Positions 1 to 9,124 of a DNA stretch of 64,000 bases are shown here, piece after piece (the first letter of the stretch is position 1; each line of letters opens with the position of its first letter). The position numbers were made by a program, and so were the translations under genes. The stretch lies in IMG/VR virus record IMGVR_UViG_3300034116_001553; one strand, written 5' to 3'. This DNA is from an uncultured virus (IMG/VR IMGVR_UViG_3300034116_001553). Its lineage: Duplodnaviria; Heunggongvirae; Uroviricota; Caudoviricetes. The notes beneath the pieces were generated by a model. That model made no database searches. It saw only the letters and a program-made list of their open reading frames with translations, and was not told where the DNA came from.

Positions 1-1111
1 CACCGGGCAGGGTATCTACACTTGAACCACGACCGTCTGCTGTTTGTGGGAAGAAGTAATCTTCGTTGATACTCAGTGGGTTATAGCTTGAATCCATGAC
101 ATTTTGGCCGCCGCCAGTATGACTGGGAATTCTACGTTGGTGAATTTCGTTTTTAACTCGTTCAACAAAGGCCATGGCCATGTGACTTGGCATGTTACCC
201 ACGTCAATTTTAAACACTCTACGTTCAGGAGCACGGGCCACACGATAGATAAGAACCGCATCTTCCAACAGTTCTTTTTGTTTAAAAACACGGAAAATTG
301 TTTCCAGTACGCTCATGCCAAACGGCCAATAAAAATCCAGGCCTTCGCTTAAACTCAGGTGTACCACGTGTTTTGCATCAATAACTGTTTCATTCATTGC
401 GGCACTAAATCTATTGCCGCCAGAGCCGCCGGCACCAGCGTTAGGTGCTGAGTAATTGTAGGGTGCTGTATAACCAGTTGACGGTGGATTACTCTGAAAG
501 TCTGTGGTGGTTTTAACTGCTATTGAAAGATTCTGAAAGTTTGGATTAATGTCACGAATTACATACTGCTCGGGTCTTTTGCCTTCACTTTCGTTGACAA
601 TAACTCTAGCTACTTTGGTCATGTCTACCCAGTACATTTCAAATGTTTCTGGATCTCGTACAAACACTTGATCTCCGTATTTTAATGTGTTACGGAAAAT
701 ACGGAACATGCGCTGATCTAACTTGTTAAGCTTGACCCATTGCTGAAGCTGTTGCTTGATAATACTAATTTCATTGTCTGTGGGAGTTTCGTTGTACTGT
801 ACTTCAAAAGGAGTTGAGTTGTTTTCGTTCTTTTGAGTAGAAAATTCTGCCAGAATATCAAGACACGCATTGATCTCACTGTCACTGTCCATATTTTCGT
901 ATTGGTTATAACGCTCAACACGATTTGGATGGCCAGTGTAGACTTCGGGCAATCTGCTGGCATAGTTTCTGTAAACAATGTCAGCATGTCCTTTCATAGG
1001 ATCTCTACCATCGTTACGACCGTAACCGGGTAGACCGTCAGAACCTTTTCCTGATAAAGGACTCAGTTCACCATTTGAGTTGGCAACTTTAAAATATTTT
1101 TTCCACGACAT
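1..1111 (-). CDS. Portal vertex protein, T4 gp20-like (C-terminal part runs off the window start)
   Basis: Not in the ORF track because it is open-ended. Manual translation from the ATG at 1111 gives MSWKKYFKVANSNGELSPLSG...YASRLPEVYTGHPNRVERYNQYENMDSDSEINACLDILAEF, matching the N-terminus of T4-like portals (YxxMxxDSExxxxxDxI). Confidence 0.85.
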   Translation of the reverse strand, partial: MSWKKYFKVANSNGELSPLSGKGSDGLPGYGRNDGRDPMKGHADIVYRNYASRLPEVYTGHPNRVERYNQYENMDSDSEINACLDILAEFSTQKNENNSTPFEVQYNETPTDNEISIIKQQLQQWVKLNKLDQRMFRIFRNTLKYGDQVFVRDPETFEMYWVDMTKVARVIVNESEGKRPEQYVIRDINPNFQNLSIAVKTTTDFQSNPPSTGYTAPYNYSAPNAGAGGSGGNRFSAAMNETVIDAKHVVHLSLSEGLDFYWPFGMSVLETIFRVFKQKELLEDAVLIYRVARAPERRVFKIDVGNMPSHMAMAFVERVKNEIHQRRIPSHTGGGQNVMDSSYNPLSINEDYFFPQTADGRGSSVDTLPG

Positions 1112-1118
1112 AGTGCTA

Positions 1119-1124
1119 TATTTA
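1119..1124 (-). promoter_or_regulatory. Late-promoter-like TAAATA motif
   Basis: TAAATA on the minus strand, 7 nt upstream of the portal ATG. The same motif precedes several structural genes, and a gp55-like sigma is encoded in the window. Confidence 0.6.
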
Positions 1125-1127
1125 CCG

Positions 1128-4100
1128 TTAGTTTTGACTTACTTGAAGTATTTTACTGCTGATACTAACATTGTCTCTCTGGGCTTGTACCATTTCTTGA
1201 ATGGCACCAATCAACTCAGGTGTTACTGCGTTGCCTTGTGTGGACTGTTGAGTAAACATTTCTTTAAAAGAATTTGTAAACTTTTCTAGTATGCCAGTGA
1301 CTTTATCTTCAGTAGCGGTCTGAGTATTTTCCTGCAGGCCTTTGACCAGTTCTGTGATGACTTTTGAGTTTTCGTCAAACAAGTTTTGTTTGCCGACTTC
1401 GCCTGTTTGCCAATCTCCAGTTCCCCAACCTGTTCTAATTTGTTGTCGCTTGACATAATCTTCGGCCAACACTTCCATTCTAGACAATGGATCTTCGATA
1501 CTGCCGCCGGCCATTTTTCCAGCCTTGATTGCGGCACTATCTTGTTGTCGAATCATTTCTCTAATTAGATCGTACTGGCCTCTCAGTGCTTTTGATTCTT
1601 CGGTTTGTGGACCGTTTAGTCCTTGCACACCAATATCGTTTTGTGCTGAAAATACTTTTCCTTCCGGTGTTGCCAACATGGCCCGCATGAAATCCCCAGG
1701 TTCCATTTTGCCATAGTTAAACTGTTTTTTCATCTCTGGCATGGCAGCAAACATTTCGTCTACTGCCATACTGAGCTTATCAGCAACACTTCCTAATTCA
1801 ATAGCAAGGCCGTCTCCTTGCTTGTTCACAGTCATTCCGGGGATTAATGTTCTAAATGCATCTCCGTATGTTTCAATTAATTGTTGTATGCTCGGAGGTT
1901 CAAATTTAACCGGTGCCATGGACTTGGACATTTCATCAACTATGTCAGATATGTTAATACTGTCTGTTTTTGATGGGTTTAGCGTTTTAAACATATCCTT
2001 GTATGCATCAACTAACTGCTGTCTATCCGGCTTGTCAAATTTAACTGGTATGCTTTTACCATCTGACATTGGAATAACTGCTTCTGTGCCGTGCAATGTT
2101 GCAGGATATCCTTTTGTTGGTCCTGAAAATACACCACCATCTGCCGCAGATACAATTTTTCCTGTTTTAAATCCTTCAACTCTGCTGATGGCTGCTAGCA
2201 TCTGTTGGCGCTGTCCAGAATCAAGTTTGTTTAATATAGTACTAGGATCAACACCTACTGCACTAGCTACAGACTTAATATAGGCCGCGGTGTTGTTTTC
2301 ATTGGGAGGTGCATATCTGTTAAGAGCATCGGTGATGCTTAAATTAGCATATTTTGACTTTGATCCAAACAACAACTCTTCTTTGGCTTTGGTTCCATCA
2401 GCTAGTGTTGGAAATACTGCAAATCGCCCGTCCGACCCAACTGCACCAAACGACCGTGCAAATGCACCCATTTCAAGATTGCCTGGATTGTTGTTGCGCC
2501 AGTTACGTACACCTTCTCTACGTTGTTTTTCATCGTCTGTGGTCTGTACTTCTGTGAATCCTGGACCGGCACCTGTCACTGCTTTAATAGGTTTGTCTGT
2601 GGTGGCTTTGCCGCCTGTTGATCTAGTATCAGCGCCACCACCTCCGGGTTTGCCTTGTGCTCCTGGTCCTACTGGTTCTGAACCAACGGCACCGCCAGCT
2701 TGTCCAGCACCTCCAGCACCACCCGACGGTCCGGCTACTGCTGCCTGCCCACCACCTGTGTATTTCTTTGTGCCAGCATCACCACGCCCAGTTTTTTCTA
2801 AGTAAGCAGTATCAGATGCAACACGTTCTTCTTTGGCTTTAGCAGCCGTGTCTTGTATTGCTTTGCCAGTTTCTTTGGCACCCATCCACTCAAAGGCCTT
2901 GCCCAATGCGGTGCCAACTGTTTCAACAGTTTTAGCAGTAGCAATCGAAGCTTTTTCACCAAGTGTGGCTTTTTTCCAATTTTCTTCGTCTTGTTTGGTT
3001 TGTTCAGCGGCAGTTTTTTGCCCTGGTCCTGTACCACCTTTACCACCAGCAATTCCTGGAATTTCTATTCCTGTGGTTTTAGAAACAAATTTTAAGAATT
3101 CATTTAATGAGGTAGTAAATTCAGAAATAGCAGTGGCCGCTGCTGGCATTAATGTGAAGCCTAGATTTTGAATCTGTCGACTCAGTTGCTCCATGTTTTT
3201 CTGGGCTTCAACTGTTTTGTTAGTTAACTCATCTTGTCCAGCAACCTGTGCATCCTGAGCCTTTTTAGCTTTTAATACACCGTCCTGCATTGTGGCATTG
3301 TTCAGGTCACTGAGTTCTGAATACTTTAAGAAAGTACCTGTGCCGTCACCAACTGCTTTTGCAAAATCTCGCTGAGTCTGAATGTTATCTTTTGTAGAAT
3401 TCTGTAGCTCTTGTATGGCCTGATCTCTGGTGATCTCACTAGCTTTTAAGCGTTCAATGATGTCGGGTAATGCACCAGCTGTGCTGTTAAATCCTTTAAT
3501 AGCGGCTTCGCTACTGGTAAAACCCGACGCTTGATCTCGAATTGCCTGTCCCAGTTCAGGAGCAACTTTGCTGATCTGAGTTTGGAAGTCTAAAAGTTCT
3601 TTGGCAGCGCCTTCTTGACCATTGGCCACCATTTCGTCATACTGAGCACGGAATCTACCTTCGCTGAGTGCCGCATCCTGTTGAGCCTGAATTTCTTTTC
3701 TACTCATGCCAGTTAACTTGGTCAACTGATCTAGTTCTTTGGCGTATTCTACAGCACCTTGTGATAGTTGCTTTTGTGTTTTGTTCTGTGCTAGGCCAAG
3801 TCGTGTTTGCTGTGCAACATAAGCACCTGATGCTTCACCTATTGCATCTGCACTAAAACCAATTCTACGTAGTTCATCGCCGGCTTTGCTGTCAACAATA
3901 CCACCAACAATCTTGCTAAATTCTTCAGCACCATCGGCTGTTAGTCCACGGAATCTGGCCAACGAAGCTGAATTTTCTTTGATCGATTTTTGGAAGCCGT
4001 TTAGGCTCATGCCAGAACGTAGGAACTGCTCCTGAACGCCAGACATGCCTTTGGCAGTTACTGCACCTACATCACTTAAATCTTGGAATGTTTGAGTAGT

Positions 4101-4454
4101 TTTCTGTAACTGCTCAATGACAAATTTTGTACCTTCAGCGGTGGCTTTTACAGCCGCGCTCATTGCTTCGCCAGCAAACGGTATGGCTTTGGCCATACCT
4201 CCCAGTGCATTACTAACTGAATCAATTAAGGGATTTAACTGTGTAAATCCTTTTGATCCATCTCCTATATCAAGAGCAAAGCGGCCCAGTGATTTAGTTA
4301 CTTCTTTTGAACCATCCTTAATAGCCGATTTAAATTGATCTAGATTCTTGGTTGATCCGTTTAACGCTGTGTTCAGTTTTTTCAGCTCATCGTCAGTGAG
4401 CTGGGCACCAGATCTAAGTTTGTCAAAGAGGGCTTGTAATTCTTGTTCGTCCAT
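1128..4454 (-). CDS. Tape-measure-like tail protein with internal lysozyme-like (peptidoglycan hydrolase) domain
   Basis: 1108 aa. Ala/Gly/Gln/Lys-rich helical N-terminal half and Gly-rich linkers, then RNWRNNNPGNL...DGRFAVFPT...LNRYAPPNENNTAAYI (approx. 2165-2525), typical of virion-associated lysozyme-like domains. Adjacent to baseplate hub genes. Confidence 0.7.
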   Translation of the reverse strand: MDEQELQALFDKLRSGAQLTDDELKKLNTALNGSTKNLDQFKSAIKDGSKEVTKSLGRFALDIGDGSKGFTQLNPLIDSVSNALGGMAKAIPFAGEAMSAAVKATAEGTKFVIEQLQKTTQTFQDLSDVGAVTAKGMSGVQEQFLRSGMSLNGFQKSIKENSASLARFRGLTADGAEEFSKIVGGIVDSKAGDELRRIGFSADAIGEASGAYVAQQTRLGLAQNKTQKQLSQGAVEYAKELDQLTKLTGMSRKEIQAQQDAALSEGRFRAQYDEMVANGQEGAAKELLDFQTQISKVAPELGQAIRDQASGFTSSEAAIKGFNSTAGALPDIIERLKASEITRDQAIQELQNSTKDNIQTQRDFAKAVGDGTGTFLKYSELSDLNNATMQDGVLKAKKAQDAQVAGQDELTNKTVEAQKNMEQLSRQIQNLGFTLMPAAATAISEFTTSLNEFLKFVSKTTGIEIPGIAGGKGGTGPGQKTAAEQTKQDEENWKKATLGEKASIATAKTVETVGTALGKAFEWMGAKETGKAIQDTAAKAKEERVASDTAYLEKTGRGDAGTKKYTGGGQAAVAGPSGGAGGAGQAGGAVGSEPVGPGAQGKPGGGGADTRSTGGKATTDKPIKAVTGAGPGFTEVQTTDDEKQRREGVRNWRNNNPGNLEMGAFARSFGAVGSDGRFAVFPTLADGTKAKEELLFGSKSKYANLSITDALNRYAPPNENNTAAYIKSVASAVGVDPSTILNKLDSGQRQQMLAAISRVEGFKTGKIVSAADGGVFSGPTKGYPATLHGTEAVIPMSDGKSIPVKFDKPDRQQLVDAYKDMFKTLNPSKTDSINISDIVDEMSKSMAPVKFEPPSIQQLIETYGDAFRTLIPGMTVNKQGDGLAIELGSVADKLSMAVDEMFAAMPEMKKQFNYGKMEPGDFMRAMLATPEGKVFSAQNDIGVQGLNGPQTEESKALRGQYDLIREMIRQQDSAAIKAGKMAGGSIEDPLSRMEVLAEDYVKRQQIRTGWGTGDWQTGEVGKQNLFDENSKVITELVKGLQENTQTATEDKVTGILEKFTNSFKEMFTQQSTQGNAVTPELIGAIQEMVQAQRDNVSISSKILQVSQN

Positions 4455-4466
4455 AATGTAGGTGTA

Positions 4467-4485
4467 TAAGTACTGATATATTTAT
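4467..4485. promoter_or_regulatory. Late-promoter-like motifs between divergent genes (TAAGTA on +, ATAAATA on -)
   Basis: The 42-bp gap between the tape-measure-like and gp26-like genes carries ATAAATA on the minus strand (4479-4485) and a TAAGTA variant on the plus strand (4467-4472). Confidence 0.45.
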
Positions 4486-4496
4486 GGTACCCAAAC

Positions 4497-5339
4497 ATGA
4501 CACAAACAGCTAACCCACTAAAGCAGTACTTTAGACAACCGTCAATCTATATTAGATTGCCATCAAAAGGTAAATTCTGGAATAGTGAAGCAATTACTAT
4601 TCCGCCCAATCAGGAAATTCCCATTTACCCAATGACCGCAGTTGATGAAATTACTACCAGAACACCCGATGCTTTGTTCAACGGGTCTGCCATGGTTAAG
4701 ATTTTTGAAAGTTGTTGTCCAAACATTAAAGATGCATGGCAGGTCCCTAGTCTAGACGTTGATACGCTACTGGTGGCAATACGTATTGCCACTTACGGTC
4801 ACGGCATGGACATAGGTACCAAATGCCCCAGTTGTGGAAATGAAGATGAATATCAAATTGATCTTCGAGTAGTACTTGAAAATATTAATTCTCCTGACTA
4901 TGATGTGCCTGTCAAAGTTGGAGACTTAGAAGTGTATTTTAAACCAATGACCTATCAGGAATTAAATTCAAATAGTCAGATTCAATTTGAAGATCAAAAA
5001 CTAGTAGCAATGTTTCAGAATGCAGAAATACCCGAAGAAGAAAAACTGAAGCAGTTGGGCGAAGCATTTTTAAAAATTACCAGTCTTACAATTAGAAGCA
5101 TTGCTCAGAGCATTGGCGTAATTAAAACACCAGGTGCTCAGGTCAACGAACAAGAATTTATTGTTGAGTTTTTGAACAACTGTGAAAAATCTGCGTTTGG
5201 TGCAATACGTGACCGTGCAATTCAACTCAAACAAGAAGCTGAACTAAAACCAATTAAAATTAAATGTACCAATTGTGGTAATGAGTATGATCAAAACTTT
5301 ACATTGGATATGTCAAATTTTTTCGATTCCAACTCTTGA
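4497..5339 (+). CDS. Baseplate hub assembly protein, T4 gp26-like
   Basis: NPLKQYFRQPSIYIRLPSKG N-terminus, DVDTLLVAIRIATYG followed by CPSC, a second CTNC, and a C-terminal NFF. This is the gp26-family pattern. Confidence 0.75.
   Translation: MTQTANPLKQYFRQPSIYIRLPSKGKFWNSEAITIPPNQEIPIYPMTAVDEITTRTPDALFNGSAMVKIFESCCPNIKDAWQVPSLDVDTLLVAIRIATYGHGMDIGTKCPSCGNEDEYQIDLRVVLENINSPDYDVPVKVGDLEVYFKPMTYQELNSNSQIQFEDQKLVAMFQNAEIPEEEKLKQLGEAFLKITSLTIRSIAQSIGVIKTPGAQVNEQEFIVEFLNNCEKSAFGAIRDRAIQLKQEAELKPIKIKCTNCGNEYDQNFTLDMSNFFDSNS
5315..5324 (+). other. Candidate -1 ribosomal frameshift slippery site (A AAT TTT TTC)
   Basis: In-frame X XXY YYZ heptamers five codons before the gp26-like stop. The -1 frame is open from here into ORF 5336..5554. 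Confidence 0.4.
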
Positions 5340-5554
5340 GCCTGGACTCTGACCGCGTCATCAAGCTTGTTGACCGGATGGAAAAAGAGTGTGATCAAAT
5401 ACGTGAAGAGTCCATAAAGTTTGCCTGGTACATGCGCGGCGGCCTGTCCTACGAGGATGCCATGTCGTTGGCCCCAAACGAAAGAAAAATTATCAATAAT
5501 TTGATTAAAGATAATTTAGACACTACTAAAAAATCTGGATTACCTTTCTTCTAA
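5336..5554 (+). CDS. Small baseplate hub assembly protein, gp51-like (TTG start, or expressed by frameshift)
   Basis: 72 aa directly after the gp26-like gene. WYMRGGLSYEDAMSLAPNERKII resembles the small helical protein that follows gp26 in T4-like phages. Confidence 0.55.
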   Translation: MSLDSDRVIKLVDRMEKECDQIREESIKFAWYMRGGLSYEDAMSLAPNERKIINNLIKDNLDTTKKSGLPFF

Positions 5555-6060
5555 TGGAACTAGAACAAGTCAAACAAGATATAGAACTGTGGATTACAAA
5601 CTTCTTAGAAGTTCCACATCCTGCATTAGGGGGATTTTCTCCTTGTCCTTATGCACGGTCAGCACGAGTAAAGAACAGCTATGCAGTTTATCTTGGAGCC
5701 GATCCCTACTACGATCTTAAAAATTGTGGGCGTCAAGGCATGGGCAACCGAGAAGTTATTATCTATGTGTACGATCCAACAGAATGGTCACACGATATGC
5801 TTGCTGGTAGTATTGAATTGGTTAACAAGGAAGTACTGTTACCTAGAGACATGTTGGCACTAGAAGATCACCCAGATGATGTTGAAATGATCAATGGTGT
5901 GTGCATGAATCAAGGCACGTATGCATTAGCATTGGTACAAAGTCTAAGTGATTTAAACACCAAAGCCAAGCAAATGGCTGACAAAGGATTTTATCACTCT
6001 TGGCCTGAAGAATATCTACAAGCCCTGTTTCACCACAGACAGGATCCAAGGAAAACATAA
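5554..6060 (+). CDS. Hypothetical protein with PHPxLGGxxPCPYA motif (DUF1415/DUF6875-like)
   Basis: 168 aa, overlapping stop/start with both neighbours. WITNFLEVPHPALGGFSPCPYA and EDHP motifs; the family call is tentative. Confidence 0.5.
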   Translation: MELEQVKQDIELWITNFLEVPHPALGGFSPCPYARSARVKNSYAVYLGADPYYDLKNCGRQGMGNREVIIYVYDPTEWSHDMLAGSIELVNKEVLLPRDMLALEDHPDDVEMINGVCMNQGTYALALVQSLSDLNTKAKQMADKGFYHSWPEEYLQALFHHRQDPRKT

Positions 6061-7289
6061 TGTATAGTGTACATCAACCGTGGGATCCATTGCAAGTTTG
6101 TGTTGTGGGTAAAAGTTATCCTCCTGAGTTTTATAGCTTTATAAAAAATCCACGATTACGCAGTTTGTTTGAACGTATTGCTACTGAAACTGAAGAAGAC
6201 TTTGTGAATCTTGTGACATTACTTGAAAAGTTCAATGTAAAGACTGTAAGACCAAATGTACCCACAGTACAACTAGATCGGTTACTGACACAAAATCGTC
6301 GCATACCTGGCCCTGTTAGCATGATTCCAAGAGATCAGATGATTATGATTGGATCAGACTTTTTTGTGTTTCCTTACGACAACATCAGCATAAAATCATC
6401 AGGACGAAGTATCATGCCTCCTGGTAATTGGACTAAAAAAAATTACAACAACTTTAAAGGTCCTGATTGGCCACAAGAATTTACTCCATTTGATCAGCTG
6501 CCAGTTTGGATCCAAGAAGAATGTAAAAACTTGTTTCAGTTTGAGTTTAAACCTGGTGACAATTCTGATGAAATTATATCCAAGGCTAGTGAGTTCGACT
6601 GGTGGGAACCGGTTACTGGTCTTGTGAAGTCAGCTGGTAATCCTATCATTGAAAATCAATATCATGACATGTTAAATCAAATTCCAACTAATGGAATCAC
6701 CCGTATCGGAAAAGATTTATTTTTTGGGATATCTGAATCTGCCGATATCGACAAAATCAAAAAACTAACTGAACATTTTTTTCCAGACTTTAGAAATCAT
6801 ATTGTGACCACTGGTGGACATATCGACGGTTGTTTTACTCCTGTTAAGCCTGGTCTTATTGTGAGCATAGAAGATATGCCTACCTATGCAGATACATTTC
6901 CTGGATGGGAAGTTGTATACCTGAGCGGAGAAGGCTGGAACAAAGTGAAATCATTTTTGGACCTTAAAGAAAAAAATCAAGGGCGTTGGTGGATCAAGGG
7001 TAGTGAATACGATGACGAACTGATTGAATATGTAGAAACATGGTTGCAAGATTGGGTAGGGTATGTTGAGGAAAGTGTGTTTGATGTAAATATCCTTGTG
7101 ATCAATCAACAAAATGTCATTGTCAACAGCTACAATGAAAAAGCATTTGATGCTTTTAAACGTCACAACATAACTCCTCACATTTGCCCTTTGCGACACA
7201 GATACTTCTGGGACGGTGGTGTACATTGTGTTACCTTGGACCTGGACCGAAAAGGTATCCAGCAAGATTTTTTTCCGGATAGAACATGA
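6060..7289 (+). CDS. Amidinotransferase family protein (pentein fold), copy 1
   Basis: WDPLQVCVVG N-terminus, PRD, GHIDG and RHRYFWDGGVHCVT: the His/Asp/Cys catalytic motifs of glycine/inosamine-phosphate amidinotransferases. Confidence 0.85.
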   Translation: MYSVHQPWDPLQVCVVGKSYPPEFYSFIKNPRLRSLFERIATETEEDFVNLVTLLEKFNVKTVRPNVPTVQLDRLLTQNRRIPGPVSMIPRDQMIMIGSDFFVFPYDNISIKSSGRSIMPPGNWTKKNYNNFKGPDWPQEFTPFDQLPVWIQEECKNLFQFEFKPGDNSDEIISKASEFDWWEPVTGLVKSAGNPIIENQYHDMLNQIPTNGITRIGKDLFFGISESADIDKIKKLTEHFFPDFRNHIVTTGGHIDGCFTPVKPGLIVSIEDMPTYADTFPGWEVVYLSGEGWNKVKSFLDLKEKNQGRWWIKGSEYDDELIEYVETWLQDWVGYVEESVFDVNILVINQQNVIVNSYNEKAFDAFKRHNITPHICPLRHRYFWDGGVHCVTLDLDRKGIQQDFFPDRT

Positions 7290-7729
7290 CTTATCAATTT
7301 GCCAGAATTGACCTAGATAAAACCAATTACCTACCCACTGTTGGTTGGAATTACATCACTGATCGTGATGAAACCACACTCAACAAGCTAGATGAAATAT
7401 ACAAGTACTACTGTACCTACAAACATTTTTCATCAGTAATGCCTATATTTCACAGTCGCTATCAAGATCCAATGGCTGACATCATTGGCTACTACGACAA
7501 CGCTGAACTGGTTGCATTTAGCCTGATACGTAGATTTGACCAGTATAACGCACAATGCGACCAATTTGCTTGGACCTATCATCGACCCAAAATGCGACTA
7601 GGCATTGAAACAATGAAAACAGAATGTGCTATCTATAAACAGCGTGGTTTTAAATTTTTATACTTAGAGCAAGCACATTTATACAAACAAGATATTGATG
7701 GCTTTGAGATATTAGGTCCGTTGGTGTAA
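7286..7729 (+). CDS. GNAT-fold protein resembling the C-terminal domain of arginyl-tRNA--protein transferase (ATE/Bpt)
   Basis: GYYDNAELVAFSL...FAWTY..PKMRLG.ETMKTE..IYKQRGFKFLYL...HLYK aligns by eye with the ATE_C pattern (Y.dg.LVAv...yDP....SLG...l.eI..ar..g..y.YLG....YK). Confidence 0.55.
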   Translation: MTYQFARIDLDKTNYLPTVGWNYITDRDETTLNKLDEIYKYYCTYKHFSSVMPIFHSRYQDPMADIIGYYDNAELVAFSLIRRFDQYNAQCDQFAWTYHRPKMRLGIETMKTECAIYKQRGFKFLYLEQAHLYKQDIDGFEILGPLV

Positions 7730-8700
7730 TGTATCAGATTAACAGCGAATGGCATAGACTAAAAACCTGTGTGGTTGGCCGCAGTTGGAGTCCTGAGTTT
7801 TATAGTTGGATCAACAACGTTGAGATTCGAAATCATTTTGAAACAATTGCCAGTGAAACCGAAGAAGACCTACATACACTAGCAGTTAATCTGAATGCTC
7901 TTGGAGTACACACGCTTAGGCCAACAGCAGGTGTTGTTGATGTTGATGTTGACAATCTACCAAAGGCGCCGTTGGCAGCCAGGGATCATTTGTTAATGCT
8001 AGGAAATAAACTTGTTAAATCATTTTACAATAACATAGATCCGGATTTTTATAAAAACATTTCTGATCATGTGATTGCTCAGGGTAATCAAGAAATAGAA
8101 ATTAATCTACCATCAGTGTGTGGTGCCACTGTTTATCAATTTCTCGACTGTGTATTTTATTCTAATAATAAATCAGCTCATGAATTTTTACAAAATAGAG
8201 CCAGCAATAAAAAATTAACAGCTTTTCATCAGACTGGGCATATTGATGGATGGTTTTGTCCTGTTACACCAGGATTGATTATAGCCATAGACGATCCTGC
8301 AAATCACCAACTACTAAAACTATTTTTTAAAATGTATTTCTATGATTGGGAAATAGTTTATATCAAACCCAGTCTAGAAAAATTACCATCATTTAAGAAT
8401 TGGCAAGCAACACACACAGGATCTTGGTGGTTGCCAGGGCAAGAAAGTAATAATAAACTCACAGAGTTTATTGATTGTTACTTTAAGAATTTGTTGGGTT
8501 ATGTAGCAGAAACTGTTTTTGAATTAAACATGTTGATCATCGACAATAAAAATGTAGTGATCAGTGGCTACAATCAACAAATATTTGATGCACTCAAACG
8601 GCATCAAGTTACTCCGCATGTTTCACAGTTTAGACACAAGTGTTTTTGGGACAATGGTCTGCATTGTGTAACCAGCGATCTTCACAGAGAGGAAATATAA
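7729..8700 (+). CDS. Amidinotransferase family protein, copy 2
   Basis: Paralogue of 6060..7289: EWHRLKTCVVGRSWSPEFY, ARD, GHIDGWFCPV, RHKCFWDNGLHCVTSDL. Confidence 0.8.
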   Translation: MYQINSEWHRLKTCVVGRSWSPEFYSWINNVEIRNHFETIASETEEDLHTLAVNLNALGVHTLRPTAGVVDVDVDNLPKAPLAARDHLLMLGNKLVKSFYNNIDPDFYKNISDHVIAQGNQEIEINLPSVCGATVYQFLDCVFYSNNKSAHEFLQNRASNKKLTAFHQTGHIDGWFCPVTPGLIIAIDDPANHQLLKLFFKMYFYDWEIVYIKPSLEKLPSFKNWQATHTGSWWLPGQESNNKLTEFIDCYFKNLLGYVAETVFELNMLIIDNKNVVISGYNQQIFDALKRHQVTPHVSQFRHKCFWDNGLHCVTSDLHREEI

Positions 8701-8701
8701 A

Positions 8702-9037
8702 ATGGACTTATACACAATTTGGGCAAACAAAGAAGGCGATATCTCAGACTTAGACTGGGTCAACGGAATGAAAAGTTTCTTTGATCATTTGATCTCCGAA
8801 GACAAGATGGTATCGTACAGAATCACAAGATGTAAAATGGGATTCCGTAGTATTGCCGACATGCCAGAGTGGATGATACTCATGGAGTTTAGAGACATGG
8901 GTCAGATGGACAATGCGTTCAAACGAGTAGCACCACTCAAAGGAGAACTCGAAGAGAAACACAAGTCATTCAATCAGTTTGTTGCTGGTGATATTCAACA
9001 TGCATTGTTTAGAGATTGGCCAGATACTAACTTATAA
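8702..9037 (+). CDS. Small hypothetical protein (dimeric alpha-beta barrel / DUF6614-like)
   Basis: 111 aa. YTIWAN...SYRITRCKMGF...EWMILMEF; last gene of the plus-strand run. Confidence 0.5.
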   Translation: MDLYTIWANKEGDISDLDWVNGMKSFFDHLISEDKMVSYRITRCKMGFRSIADMPEWMILMEFRDMGQMDNAFKRVAPLKGELEEKHKSFNQFVAGDIQHALFRDWPDTNL

Positions 9038-9047
9038 CGGCTTTATG

Positions 9048-9120
9048 AGAACTTCGTTGAAGTTCTATTGATTTCGCTATCGCTCATCAATATTATTATA
9101 AACATCGAGCGAAGTGAGAT
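9048..9120. repeat. Cluster of three short inverted repeats, two with GAGCGnnnGnGA-type loops
   Basis: AGAACTTC-gtt-GAAGTTCT (9048-9066); TATTGAT-ttcgctatcgctc-ATCAATA (9066-9092); ATC-gagcgaagtga-GAT (9104-9120). They lie where two transcription units converge. Confidence 0.6.
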
Positions 9121-9124
9121 TACA

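Noticed and set aside
73..1289. Short ORFs listed at the window start
   Set aside because: They overlap the portal reading frame (1..1111 -), which the track missed because it has no stop inside the window.
1286..4338. Several 60-180 aa ORFs overlapping the tape-measure-like gene (for example 1741..2283 +, 2290..2805 +)
   Set aside because: Antisense or alternate-frame shadows of a long gene with no recognisable motifs. The same applies to similar short ORFs across the window, such as 57268..57933 -.
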